Assembly: GCA_963799775.1 (NCBI GenBank)
Contig: CAWCYD010000003.1
Location: 1,504,001-1,568,000 of the forward strand
Source: an uncultured archaeon
GTDB lineage: Archaea > Thermoproteota > Nitrososphaeria > Nitrososphaerales > Gagatemarchaeaceae
Reading direction: 5' to 3'
Length of the DNA stretch: 64,000 bases
The notes under the pieces are model-generated. The model saw nothing but the letters and a program-made list of their open reading frames with translations, made no database searches and was not told where the DNA came from. Both the position numbers and the translations under genes were made by a program. This document shows, in pieces, positions 11,864 to 22,696 of the stretch (positions within the stretch are counted from its first letter, which is position 1; each line of letters opens with the position of its first letter).

Positions 11864-12403
11864 TCACGACCTCACCACCGAGTAAGGAGAGGTCTCCAGG
11901 ACGCCGTTCAGCTTCGTCGGTATCATGATTAGGGTGGCCATGCCCGTGATGAAGAAGAGGCCGCTGATGATATCAGGGAGCCCGTTCTGCAGGTTTGCAA
12001 TCACACCTGGAGTTAGTGTAAGGTAGGACATCAGGCCTAGCAAGTAGGCGCCAATTGGAATCCAGCCGTAGAGGGCGGACCATACGTCGACCACCGTGTC
12101 CCCGTCTATCCCCTGGCTGGAGAAGACCCCCACCTCGTATCTTAACGCCTCCTCGTTCGCGTCGATGAGCGCGTACACGCCCACGACGACGAAGATCGCC
12201 GGAAGCGTGGCCAAGACGACGAGGATGGCTGAAGGACCGAAACTGGGCGACGTCGTGCCCGAGGCTTCCGCCGCGACCCAGGAGGCGTTCTCGAAGAAGG
12301 TCGCCAGGTAACCGGCGAAACCCATGGCAATGCAGCTCACCAAGACGGTGGGCAGGTGAGAAGAGAGCTCGAGCCTGAGCAGTCCCTGGGGTTTCTGTGC
12401 CAT
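11864..12403 (-). CDS. Small FtsX-like ABC permease
   Basis: Four TM segments, RYEVGVFSSQGI coupling-helix-like motif; operon with ABC ATPase. Confidence 0.55.
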   Translation of the reverse strand: MAQKPQGLLRLELSSHLPTVLVSCIAMGFAGYLATFFENASWVAAEASGTTSPSFGPSAILVVLATLPAIFVVVGVYALIDANEEALRYEVGVFSSQGIDGDTVVDVWSALYGWIPIGAYLLGLMSYLTLTPGVIANLQNGLPDIISGLFFITGMATLIMIPTKLNGVLETSPYSVVRS

Positions 12404-12409
12404 TCGAGT

Positions 12410-12928
12410 CTAACCTGCCTTGCCCCTGGAACTGCTCTCGACACCCTGGTGCGAGAAGGAGAACGAGGTGACGAACCCGAGCCAGCCTATGAGCAGGATG
12501 ACGAACGCGAGAGCGAGACCGACGGGGACGAGCGCGTTGAGCCCCAGGTTCACGTCGACGAGGGCGGTGACGACAGCGGCTCCTCCTACCCAGGCGAGCG
12601 GCCCCAACGATTGGGACCGGATGAGGCTCAGGAATGCCGAAGAGAATGGCAGGCCCATCGCCCTGTAAATGTCGACGTCTGCGGCGAGCATCTGCCGAGT
12701 GATTATGAGAACCGCCCCTGCGAACACAAGACCGAGGACCGAAGCGGCGAGGGCGAGCTCTGTGGACGTCTGCTCGATGTTGGAGAGCACGGCCTCGTTC
12801 TGGGTCTGCAAGTGCTTCGGGATGGCGGCGGAGAAGAAGTGGACGGAGATCTGCGAGAGGAGCACGAGGGTGACAAAGCCCACGAAGACGAGCGAGACCG
12901 CTCTAAGGGGCCTCCGGCTACGGGCCAT
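12410..12928 (-). CDS. Small FtsX-like ABC permease
   Basis: Four TM segments, DVDIYRAMGL motif. Confidence 0.55.
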   Translation of the reverse strand: MARSRRPLRAVSLVFVGFVTLVLLSQISVHFFSAAIPKHLQTQNEAVLSNIEQTSTELALAASVLGLVFAGAVLIITRQMLAADVDIYRAMGLPFSSAFLSLIRSQSLGPLAWVGGAAVVTALVDVNLGLNALVPVGLALAFVILLIGWLGFVTSFSFSHQGVESSSRGKAG

Positions 12929-13652
12929 TTCTCAGGATCCTCTTCCCCTCTACCTTGACGATGTCCCCGTCGTCCATGTAGACTATGCCGTCCACGCGGT
13001 CGAGGAGCCGGACGTCGTGCGTCGCGATGAGGACCGTCTTTCCCCTCTCCTTGCTCTCCTCGACAAGGATGTCCATGACCTGGGAGCCGCGCTTGTGGTC
13101 CAGGTTTCCCGTCGGCTCGTCGGCGAGGATCACCGGGGCGTCTCCGACCACGCCGCGCGCAACCGCAGCTCGCTGGAGCTCCCCTCCTGAGAGCTCCGAA
13201 GGGAGGCGGCTCGCCTTGTCCGCGAGCCCGACCCTTGTTATAGTGTCGAGGATTCTCTTCGACTTTTCTGACCCTGACATGTGCCTCGGGATGAGCGGGA
13301 CCATGACGTTCTGGAAGACGTTCAGGTGGCTGATGAGGAAGAACTGCTGGAAGATGACGCCGACCGTCTCGTTCCTGAACTTTTGCAGGTTGTCCTTCCC
13401 TAGCCCCGACGTCAGGACGCCGGCGACCCTCACGGAGCCCTCCGTGGGAAAGTCAAGGGCCGCCGCCATGTTGAGGAGGGTAGTCTTCCCGCTCCCCGAG
13501 GGACCGACTACCGCGACCACCGCTCCCTTCTCGACGCCGAACGAGACAGCGTCGAGTGCCTTCACCGTCTCCTCCTTGGTGACGTAGGCCTTTGTGACAG
13601 ATTCGAAAGAGATTGCGGCACCGCCTTGTGGGGTCGTAGCTGGCAGTGTCAA
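12918..13652 (-). CDS. LolD/MacB-type ABC ATPase
   Basis: GPSGSGKT, LSGGELQR, LADEPTGNLD, ATHD. Confidence 0.92.
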   Translation of the reverse strand: MTLPATTPQGGAAISFESVTKAYVTKEETVKALDAVSFGVEKGAVVAVVGPSGSGKTTLLNMAAALDFPTEGSVRVAGVLTSGLGKDNLQKFRNETVGVIFQQFFLISHLNVFQNVMVPLIPRHMSGSEKSKRILDTITRVGLADKASRLPSELSGGELQRAAVARGVVGDAPVILADEPTGNLDHKRGSQVMDILVEESKERGKTVLIATHDVRLLDRVDGIVYMDDGDIVKVEGKRILRNGP

Positions 13653-13758
13653 GAGATCACTTGGAGGTAGCTTTGTCGCCCGAATGATGCCTCACTTAAG
13701 CCCTTTCAGCCCGTTTTGCGAGAATCCTGTAAAGAAACAGAGCCTCCGCTTGGTTGTC

Positions 13759-13799
13759 AAAAAAGAGAAAGTGCCCTGGCGCCCCGAAGGGCTGCCAGG
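13759..13799 (-). terminator. Hairpin plus U-tract after the TRAM gene
   Basis: CCTGGC-A-GCCC-TTCG-GGGC-GCCAGG followed by TTTCTCTTTTTT on the minus strand. Confidence 0.65.
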
Positions 13800-13820
13800 A
13801 TGGGTGTGAGCTGCCTCTGC

Positions 13821-14195
13821 TTACGCTTCTGGCTGCTCTTCGCTGCCGCCTGCAGACTCCGCTGGTGCGGCCGCTGCTGCGCCCGCGCCTGAACCTGTCA
13901 CGACCTCTCCGGTCGCGAAGCGGTCGGTGACTCGGGTGACCTTGATCCTTGCGCTCTGGCCCTGCTTTGCGCCCGCGACAAAGATAACGAAGCCATCGAT
14001 CTTTGCGATGCCCTCGCCTCGCCTGCTGGTGTCGGAGATAGTAACGTCGTACTCCTTGCCGACCTCAACTGGCTTTGGTCTGAAGGAACTTCCGAAGCCG
14101 CCACTGCTACTTCTGGCGCCTCCGCCTCCCCCGTATCCTCCGCCTCTGCTGCTGCCGTAGCCGCCCCGTCCTCCACTACGATTTCCATAACTCAT
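13821..14195 (-). CDS. Stand-alone TRAM-domain RNA-binding protein with RGG/GYG-rich N-terminus
   Basis: KPVEVGKEYDVTISDTSRRGEGIAKIDGFVIFV. Confidence 0.9.
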   Translation of the reverse strand: MSYGNRSGGRGGYGSSRGGGYGGGGGARSSSGGFGSSFRPKPVEVGKEYDVTISDTSRRGEGIAKIDGFVIFVAGAKQGQSARIKVTRVTDRFATGEVVTGSGAGAAAAAPAESAGGSEEQPEA

Positions 14196-14283
14196 CCTGT
14201 TTTCACGCCCCTACTGTAAGTTCCTCAGTGAGTGTCCGCCTTCGGGCAAGCTAAATAAACGTTAGCGTTCCCGAATGGGGTAG

Positions 14284-15469
14284 CAGTATCTCCGAATGAC
14301 ATAGGGTCACCTCCGTCAGGTTGCCAATGGGATTAGGAATGTGAGGAGGAGGGAGACCTTGACCTCCAATGCGATGATATGCTCTTCATCGTCGCGTCCG
14401 TCCTCTCCATTGTCGTTGCGCTCTGAAGAGTTCAGGATGCACCATGCGTTGTATAGGCATACTGCCACCGCGTAGTAGAGTAGCCTAACCGTGAAGCTCT
14501 TCGATTTCGTCCTCGGAAGGAAGATGTTGTGCTCTCTGTAGGCGGTCTCCACTCCCCAACGGGTCTTGTAACGCTTCAGCAGGCGCTTCGGCCTGCACGA
14601 CATGTTCGTGGCGAAGAGGTAGCTGATCTTCGTCTCCTCGTCGTCGACCCTGACGAGCTTGAACGGTCTGTCGCAAGGATAGGAGACAGATTGACCGTCC
14701 TTGAGGTCGATCCTCTTCGTCAGCCGGTTGGGCGTGAAATGGATTGCATACAGGTATCCGTTCTCCTGGAGCCAAGAGGGGAGCTCGAGCGATGAGAACC
14801 CTCCATCGAAGAGGAGATACCTAACCCTGATTCCCATGTTCCTTATCCGGTTGAGGGCGTCCTCGATGTAATCCAAGAGATACTCCCTGCTCTTGATGGG
14901 CGTCAGGACGATCGTGAGCCTCCTCCCATCGGCGAGGATGCTCGCGGTGAGGTACTGGTAAGCGTAGCAAGAGCCGGCCTTTGGCCTCGTCCCGTTGACC
15001 ATGTCGGTCTCATTATCGCCATAAAACATCTGGTCGTGCCAATCAAACGCAATCGGGACCGGTCTCTTCAGCAACCCCTTTCTCTTCAGCTCGCCTACCT
15101 GCTCCTCGAGGACGATGGAGACGACGCTCTGGAGCTCGTATCTCTCGATGCTCTTGAAGCGCATAAGCGCGGTGTCGGAGTTCGGTACCCCGGCTCCAAA
15201 CTTATTGGAGACGTTGCTCATTCCTTCCGCGTAGGCATTGAGTACAGACGAGTTGACAAGGAGACGGATATAGTCCGCCTTCGTGTACAAGTAGCTGGGC
15301 TTCACCTCGAAGCACAGTAGCTGGGGCAGGCATCGCATCATGACGGTATCGAAGCCTCTGGCTAGATGATTGGAGATCATAGCTGAGGCTTCGGGGTGAA
15401 GACTCCCTACGCCCCAAAATCATAACTTGTTGAGCGACGGCTAAAATCCGCACTCATTCGGAGATACTG
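14284..15469 (-). mobile_element. ISH3-like insertion sequence, copy 1 (1186 bp)
   Basis: Perfect 16-bp terminal inverted repeats CAGTATCTCCGAATGA; DDE transposase; second copy at 35248-36433. Confidence 0.92.
14316..15380 (-). CDS. DDE transposase (ISH3/IS4-like)
   Basis: IAFDWH, LFDGGF, YKTRWGVETAYR. Confidence 0.93.
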   Translation of the reverse strand: MISNHLARGFDTVMMRCLPQLLCFEVKPSYLYTKADYIRLLVNSSVLNAYAEGMSNVSNKFGAGVPNSDTALMRFKSIERYELQSVVSIVLEEQVGELKRKGLLKRPVPIAFDWHDQMFYGDNETDMVNGTRPKAGSCYAYQYLTASILADGRRLTIVLTPIKSREYLLDYIEDALNRIRNMGIRVRYLLFDGGFSSLELPSWLQENGYLYAIHFTPNRLTKRIDLKDGQSVSYPCDRPFKLVRVDDEETKISYLFATNMSCRPKRLLKRYKTRWGVETAYREHNIFLPRTKSKSFTVRLLYYAVAVCLYNAWCILNSSERNDNGEDGRDDEEHIIALEVKVSLLLTFLIPLAT

Positions 15470-16048
15470 TTGATAGATCGTCAAACCTTGATTCATATAC
15501 TTTAGTCTGATTTCCTGCTTCTCTGTCTCTGACAACGCTGCCAAAGTGGAGGGGCCTATTCTTTTGTATCCTTTCTTGTACACTCGCCGACCGACAATAT
15601 AGGTAAAGGGAAGCTTGGCTGTTCGAAGCTTTCCGACGCGGACTCCTTCCCTAACCTCTCGATTTAGAAATTCAATAACTTGATCGCCTGTTACTTTCCC
15701 ATCGAAATATGCCAACATGATTTCCAACTCTTTCCGCTTCTTGAACAGACATCGAGTGTCCAAGACTCCTCGTGCAAACCTGATGAGCGACTCTATTGCG
15801 GCAACTTGGAACTTCACCGCCCCCATTCCGGTCGGCCTTAGCGTGCCTACTCGGAGCCCTTGGGCCTCCAAGAATACCTTGATTTGCAGGAGTTGAGGAG
15901 GCCAATTATCTGTGAACGTCACAGCCCAATGCAACGTAAACTTCCTGACCACTACGTCAAGGCTTCCATCGCCATCGAAGAAGGCCGCCACGGCGCACCA
16001 ATTGTCATAGTGGGCCGGGGTGGTTTTCTCTTCGGGGATCAGTGGCAC
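15470..16048 (-). pseudogene. LAGLIDADG endonuclease-like gene, 5' part (193 codons), interrupted by the IS
   Basis: AVAAFFDGDG motif, FTDN..LLQIKVFL, LFKKRKELEI; reading frame runs into the IS end. Confidence 0.8.
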
Positions 16049-16175
16049 AACCTGAACAGGATTTCACCGCCGAAGAATCACGGAAGCCTACTTAACCGCC
16101 ACATTACGTCTCTGACGTGTGCCATTTCGAAGCTATCGACAGGCATTTTAAGCCGATGTTGATTCCGAGACTCTT

Positions 16176-16490
16176 GGTGGCAGGGAAGGTAGGAAGGCTA
16201 GCCGTCTTCTCGCGCTCAAACCGGCTATAGGAGTGCCAGTAACCGTCGGGTAAAGCCATCCCCTCTCTTTCCTGCGCGCCTGGGCGAGATGATCCCACGC
16301 CGGAGCAGGCGGTCGCGAGGTGCGGGCCCCTCGAAGGAGGGGTTCTGACTCTTGATCGTCGAACCGAGTGAGATCCGGGAGGGGGCAACTCTAAGGCGAC
16401 ACGGCCACGTTGCGCCGTCTACGTGAAGGATCGCTCAGGTCGCGCGATTGGGGGAGGGCGGGGTGGTGAACTCCGGCGGGTCTGCCACCA
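16176..16490 (+). ncRNA. ffs: Archaeal SRP (7S) RNA
   Basis: Helix 1 GGTGGCAG/CTGCCACC, long helix 5, helix 6 CCCCTC-GAAG-GAGGGG, helix 8 TCC-GGGA-GGG; TTTTAA box at 16146-16151; ~315 nt. Confidence 0.85.
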
Positions 16491-16598
16491 TTTACTGGCG
16501 AACCAGGTGTTTCTCTCGCCCCATAGGCGGCTTCGTCCTAATTGCCCCTGGTGAGCCACTCGCCCACGATCGGTCGGACCATCTCCGAATCTACAAGT

Positions 16599-16967
16599 CT
16601 ACGGGTTGAAGGAGCGTAAGAACTTGACAAGTTCCACGAAGTTGGGGTTGTTGTCTGCTTTCACGAGTCTGACAACATGGTCCCTGTTATTGAAAGTCAC
16701 CTTCTTCTCAGCCTGATAGCTCGTCTCTGAGAAAGTCACCATCGCGTAATGAATCCTGCCTTTCAGACTCTCCCCTATTGTCTCCGGAGTCGGAATAAAT
16801 TCGCCCGTCACAAAGGCAATCCCGTCAACCCAATTGATTCCAGGGGCACCTGTTGCCTTTTGCGCTTCAGCCTGGGCGACCATGGATGTCAACAGCTCGG
16901 AGATTTCGACCTTTCTCACCTCGTGAACGATTATCTTGGAGTAGGGCAGATATTCTATCTCGACCAA
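16599..16967 (-). CDS. Conserved hypothetical protein
   Basis: 122-aa ORF with IEYLPYSKIIVHE..WVDGIAF..IHY pattern and upstream TTAATA. Confidence 0.7.
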   Translation of the reverse strand: MVEIEYLPYSKIIVHEVRKVEISELLTSMVAQAEAQKATGAPGINWVDGIAFVTGEFIPTPETIGESLKGRIHYAMVTFSETSYQAEKKVTFNNRDHVVRLVKADNNPNFVELVKFLRSFNP

Positions 16968-17154
16968 GGACGGCTAGCGATTTGTGCTTGCTTTCGCTTT
17001 CCGTATTAAGGTTGGGCCAAGGCCGGCCTCCGCGACATTCCGCCAGAATTCGGCGCGGAACTCCGCCCTGACGATGGCTTTCGATGGAAGCAGGGGCCAC
17101 TTTTCATAACAAATTTGCAGAGTTCCAAGTCAGTGGAAGGGTCTGGCTCTCAGA

Positions 17155-18252
17155 GTGCTTACCGACTTAAAGGGTCTGTCGTGGGTAATGGCCATGCTCC
17201 AGCTTGCGCTTACGTTGGTCATGGCCGCTGCGGTGGGTGACGCTGTCTCGACAGCTTTCACGACTTTCCTGACGGGGATATTCGCTTTCATCCCCAATCT
17301 CATCGGGGCCTTGATAACGCTCGTCGTCGGCTATGTGATAATCCGCGTGGTCGTGAAGGGGCTCAAAGTCGGCTTCCAGAAGGTCGACATCGACAGGCCG
17401 ATTGAAAAGACCGATGTGGGCAAGTTCTTGGAGCGCTCCGGGCGCACCTTCAGCAGCCTAATCGTCGGCGCCGTAAGGGCCGTCCTCTGGATAATCGTCG
17501 CCGTGTATACGATCAGCGTCTTGAGCATCCCTGCTCTCACCGCGTCGATGGAGGGAATACTCGCCTGGATCCCCAACCTCGTCGGGGCGGCCATCATAGT
17601 CGTCGCGGGTGCCCTGATCGCGTCGTTCGCTGGCAAGGCGATAGGCGACACTCTCTGGCAGTATGGGGTCTCGGGGGCGAGGATCCTCGGGACGGCCGTC
17701 AAGCTCCTGATCTACGCCCTGGTCTTCGACTTTGCGATGATCCAGCTCGGGTTCGGGCAGGGAATCATCTACACGGCCACCGCGGCGCTCTCCTGGGGCC
17801 TTGCAGCAGCGCTAGCGATCGGACTCGGCGTCCCCATCGCCTATTCGCTGAAGGGAGTGATGACCTCGATGGCTTCTGGGGCCACAACGATCGCGAGCAC
17901 CCTGAAGGAGGGGCAGCAGGTGACGATCGACGGGATTGAGAACGGCGGTGACCGAGGGAGGGTCTCGGGGACGATAAGGTCCGTGGGCATGTTCAACACT
18001 GTGATAGAGAACGGGAGCAACGGAGGCGCCCCGAGCTTCCTCATCCTCCCGAACAGCCTGCTCATGGACAAGCCCATCCTCGTGAGCGGGACGGAGTGCC
18101 CACAGCTCTGGGACCACAAGATGCGCGGCAGCATGGCCGACCTCGACAACAAGTTCGACGAGCATCACGGGTCAGGGGCACCGCCGAGCGACGAGTACGC
18201 GCCTGCGCCGCCTCCCAGGAACCCGGAAAAGGTCGTAGTCCAAGCCGGATGA
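17155..18252 (+). CDS. TM-helix-repeat / MscS-like membrane protein
   Basis: Repeated FIPNLIGA and WIPNLVGA helices; GTIRSVGMFNTVIE..LPNSLL MscS beta-domain pattern. Confidence 0.8.
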   Translation: MLTDLKGLSWVMAMLQLALTLVMAAAVGDAVSTAFTTFLTGIFAFIPNLIGALITLVVGYVIIRVVVKGLKVGFQKVDIDRPIEKTDVGKFLERSGRTFSSLIVGAVRAVLWIIVAVYTISVLSIPALTASMEGILAWIPNLVGAAIIVVAGALIASFAGKAIGDTLWQYGVSGARILGTAVKLLIYALVFDFAMIQLGFGQGIIYTATAALSWGLAAALAIGLGVPIAYSLKGVMTSMASGATTIASTLKEGQQVTIDGIENGGDRGRVSGTIRSVGMFNTVIENGSNGGAPSFLILPNSLLMDKPILVSGTECPQLWDHKMRGSMADLDNKFDEHHGSGAPPSDEYAPAPPPRNPEKVVVQAG

Positions 18253-18309
18253 GTCGCGAACTTGGCCACCAAGGCTAATTAGCAACGGCGGGCTCTTTGC
18301 CCTCTCGCG

Positions 18310-18453
18310 ATGAGGGCCGACCAGGGAGAGAGATTCGGCTGGAAGGACTACGTCGCGCTCTTCATCGCGCTTCTCCAGACGGTGGCGCTGCCCATGCTCG
18401 TCCTCATCGTGATTATCATTGTGGTCCTCGTGGGCCTGAGCCTAGTGCACTGA
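18310..18453 (+). CDS. 47-aa hydrophobic microprotein (not in ORF track)
   Basis: [47 protein letters not shown]; GC-rich third positions. Confidence 0.6.
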   Translation: MRADQGERFGWKDYVALFIALLQTVALPMLVLIVIIIVVLVGLSLVH

Positions 18454-19468
18454 CTCGACCGTGAGATCTCGTTGCGTCTTCTTTGAGAAGTCGATGTCGT
18501 AGAGGCACTCCGCGAACTGGCCGGGGGCGAGCTCGACCGCAGGAGGGAAGATCTCCGCGCACCTACCCGTCGCATACTTGCACCTGGTCCTGAACCGGCA
18601 CCCCGACGGGATGTTGATCGGGCTCGGGACGTCCCCCTCGAGGACGTCCAGCTGCTTCCTCTTCGCCGGGTCCGGGAGGGGCACGGATGAGAGCAGGGCC
18701 TCTGTGTAGGGGTGCCTCGGGTTCTCGAACAGGCCCTCCGTCGGCCCCACCTCCACCAGGCGGCCCAGATACATCACTCCCGTCCTGGTGCACATCTGCC
18801 TCACCACCGCGAGGTTGTGCGAGATGAAAAGATAGGTCAGGCCCAGCTCCCTCTGCAGCCCTCGGAGGAGGTTGAGAATCTGGGCCTGCACAGACACGTC
18901 CAGCGACGACGTGGGCTCGTCGAGGACCACGAACTCGGGGTTGACCGCGAGCGCCCTCGCGACGGCAATCCTCTGCCTCTGCCCCCCTGAGAACTCGTGC
19001 GGGAACCTGTCGAGGTGGTCGGGGTTCAGGCCCACGAGCCGGACGAGCTCGGCCGCGCGCTTCCTCGCCTCCTCCTTCCCCGAGACGATGTTGTGGATCT
19101 GCATGGGCTCCATGAGCGCCGACCTCACGTTCTGCCTCGGGTCCAACGAGGCGTAGGGATCCTGGAAGACCATCTGGATCTTCCTGCGGATGGGCTTGAG
19201 ACTCCCTCCCCTGAGCCTCGAGATGTCCTTCCCCTCGAAGACTATCCTCCCCTTGGTCGGCTCGACCAGCCTGACCACCGTCCTCGCGAGCGTGGTCTTC
19301 CCGCACCCGGACTCCCCCACGATGCCCAGCGTCTCCCCCCTCCTCACCGACAGAGTCACGCCGTCCACGGCCTTCACATAGCCCTGGCTCCTTCCGAGTA
19401 TGCCTCCCTTGATGGGGAACCACTTGAAGACGTCCTCCATCTTCAGGAGGTCGGAGTCCTGCATCCCG

Positions 19469-19479
<11 letters not shown>
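18442..19479 (-). CDS. oppF: Oligopeptide ABC ATPase
   Basis: [30 protein letters not shown]. Confidence 0.92.
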
Positions 19480-20583
<1,104 letters not shown>

Positions 20584-20587
<4 letters not shown>

Positions 20588-21504
20588 CTTCTCAGCCTCG
20601 GGTCGAGAATGTCCCTGAGCCCGTCGCCGAGGAGGTTGAAGCCCAGAGAGATGAGGAGTATCGTGAGCCCGGGGAAGATGATGAGCCACGGGGCCGTGAA
20701 GAAGTACTGGCTGCCGAGGCTCGCGAGGTTGCCCAGCTCTGGGAGGAGCGGGCTGGGGCTCAGGCCTATGAAGGTCAGCGCAGAGATTGTGAGTATCACG
20801 CTCCCTATGTCGAGGGTCGCCTGGACGAGGAGAGGGTAGATGGAGTTGGGGACGATGTGCCTGAAGAGGATCCGGAACCTCCCCGCCCCTATGGACTTTA
20901 GGCTCTCAACGTAGGGCTTCTCCTTCTCGCTCAGGACCTGGGACCGGACCAGCCTCACGTAAGTGGGCCACCACACGGCGATCACGGCCCCCGTGAGGAC
21001 AGGGATGGTCCTCCCGAACACCACGAGGAAGACTATCGCAAGGAGGATCCCGGGGACCGCGAGGAATATGTCCGTGACGCGGAGTATCGCCTCGTCGACT
21101 ATGCCTCCCGCGTAGGATGCCGTCGCGCCCAGGGTTATCCCGATGACGACCGCCGAGATGACGACCTCCAGGGCGATCTGCAGGTCTATCGGGATGGCGA
21201 GGATTATCATCGAGAGGAGGTTCCTCCCGTAAGAGTCGGTCCCCAGGGGGAGAGGCGAGGGGCACGTGGCGATGTTCACGTTCCCCCAGCCGAAGAGCGG
21301 GTTGTTCCAGCAGTTCTTCAGGATGGGCTGCGTTATCTGCCAGCTCGTCGGGTCCACGAGGAGGTGGGAGAGGAGAGCGATGCCGATGCTCCCCACGGAC
21401 AGGACGAGCCCCGCGAGGACGAGCTTGTTCTGCTTGAAGTGGCGCAGTGCGTACTTGATGTCCGACGCCTGTCCTTTCTCGACGGTGGGCTCGATCTCTG
21501 TCAC
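20584..21504 (-). CDS. oppC: Oligopeptide ABC permease
   Basis: LGTDSYGR, YVESLKSIGA, RDILDPRLR. Confidence 0.92.
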
Positions 21505-21514
21505 TCTCTCGACC

Positions 21515-22635
21515 TCAGTAGCGGATGCGCGGGTCCAGCTTCGCGTAGATGATGTCGACCGCGAGGTTGGTGACGACTATGATGAGCGCGGTGACGAGGA
21601 CGTAGAGCTCGATGAAGTTGATGTCGAAGGCGTTGACCGCTTGGAGGGCGGTGTAGCCGACCCCGGGGAGGTCGAAGACTATCTCGATGACGACCACGCC
21701 CCCGAATAGGAACGCCGTGAGGAGGCCCGCGACCGTCACGGCGGGGAGGAGGGCGTTCCTCAGCGCGTGCCTGTAGACCACCACACGGTCCTTCAGGCCC
21801 TTGGACCTAGCCATGAGGATGTAGTCCTGCTTGATGGACCTCGAGCATGCTCGACCTGACTATTCGAGTCAGCGCCCCGATGGAAGTGATGGAGAGGGTG
21901 ATCGCGGGCAGGATCATAGCGACTATCGAGTCCCAGGAGTAGGCGAGGTTGCCTGAGAACAGGCCGTCGAGGATGGGCGCCCCCGTGACAGCCTTGGCCG
22001 TGCCCGGATTGGTGAAGCAGATGACGCAGTTCGTTGCGAGGGCACCGCTCCCCGGCAGGAGGCCCAGGCCCCCGACCCTTGCGTAGAGGACGAAGATGAT
22101 CAGGAGGACATAGCCGAACCAGAACTGGGGTATTGAGTAGCCCCCGAGCGAGACTATGCGCGAGAGGTGGTCCGGGAGCTTGTTGTTGTGGGTCGCGGAG
22201 AGTATCCCAAGCGGGATGCCAATGAGGATTGTGAGGATCGCACCCATTATCGCGAGCTCCGCGGTGTAGGGGAACCTGCTGAAGAAGACCGAGAGGGTCG
22301 TCTGGGGCCCGGCGATCCCAGGGAGCAGCGTCAGCCCCCAGTTCCCCTTCAACACGTTCGCGAGCCAGGCCGTGTATTGGCCCCAGACGGGCACCAGGCA
22401 GCTCTTGTCGAAGGCGGAGAACGCCTGATACGAGGGGCAGGAACCTCGTCGCGACTCCGAGCGACTGCGCCAGGGTGAGCTTCTGCACGTCGCTCATCCT
22501 AGGGGAGAGGTACGGGGCTAGCGCGAAGCTGGGAGGGAGGAACCCTCTCGTCAGGTAGAACATGAGCAGGCTCAGTCCAAGAAGGACGAAGCCCATCAGG
22601 ATTATCCTCCTGATGGCGTACTCATACAGCTTCAA
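21515..22635 (-). CDS. oppB: Oligopeptide ABC permease (two frameshifts)
   Basis: RFPYTAEL, ARSKGL..HALRNALLP, YAKLDPRIRY. Confidence 0.9.
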
Positions 22636-22647
22636 GCTGTCTGGTTT

Positions 22648-22686
22648 GGCCCCCTCTCCCCGATATTAGGGATTCGAAGGGGGCCG
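22648..22686 (-). promoter_or_regulatory. Intercistronic stem-loop between oppA and oppB
   Basis: GGCCCCT...AGGGGCC inverted repeat directly after oppA. Confidence 0.45.
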
Positions 22687-22696
22687 AAGAAGGGCC

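Noticed and set aside
16281-16566. TGGGCGAG/CTCGCCCA terminal stem suggesting a novel ~286-nt RNA or RNase P RNA
   Set aside because: No RNase P GAGGAAAGTCC core; the region folds better as SRP RNA 16176-16490
16581-16590. ATCTCCGAAT resembling a solo IS end
   Set aside because: Only 10 nt, lacks the terminal CAG and a partner repeat
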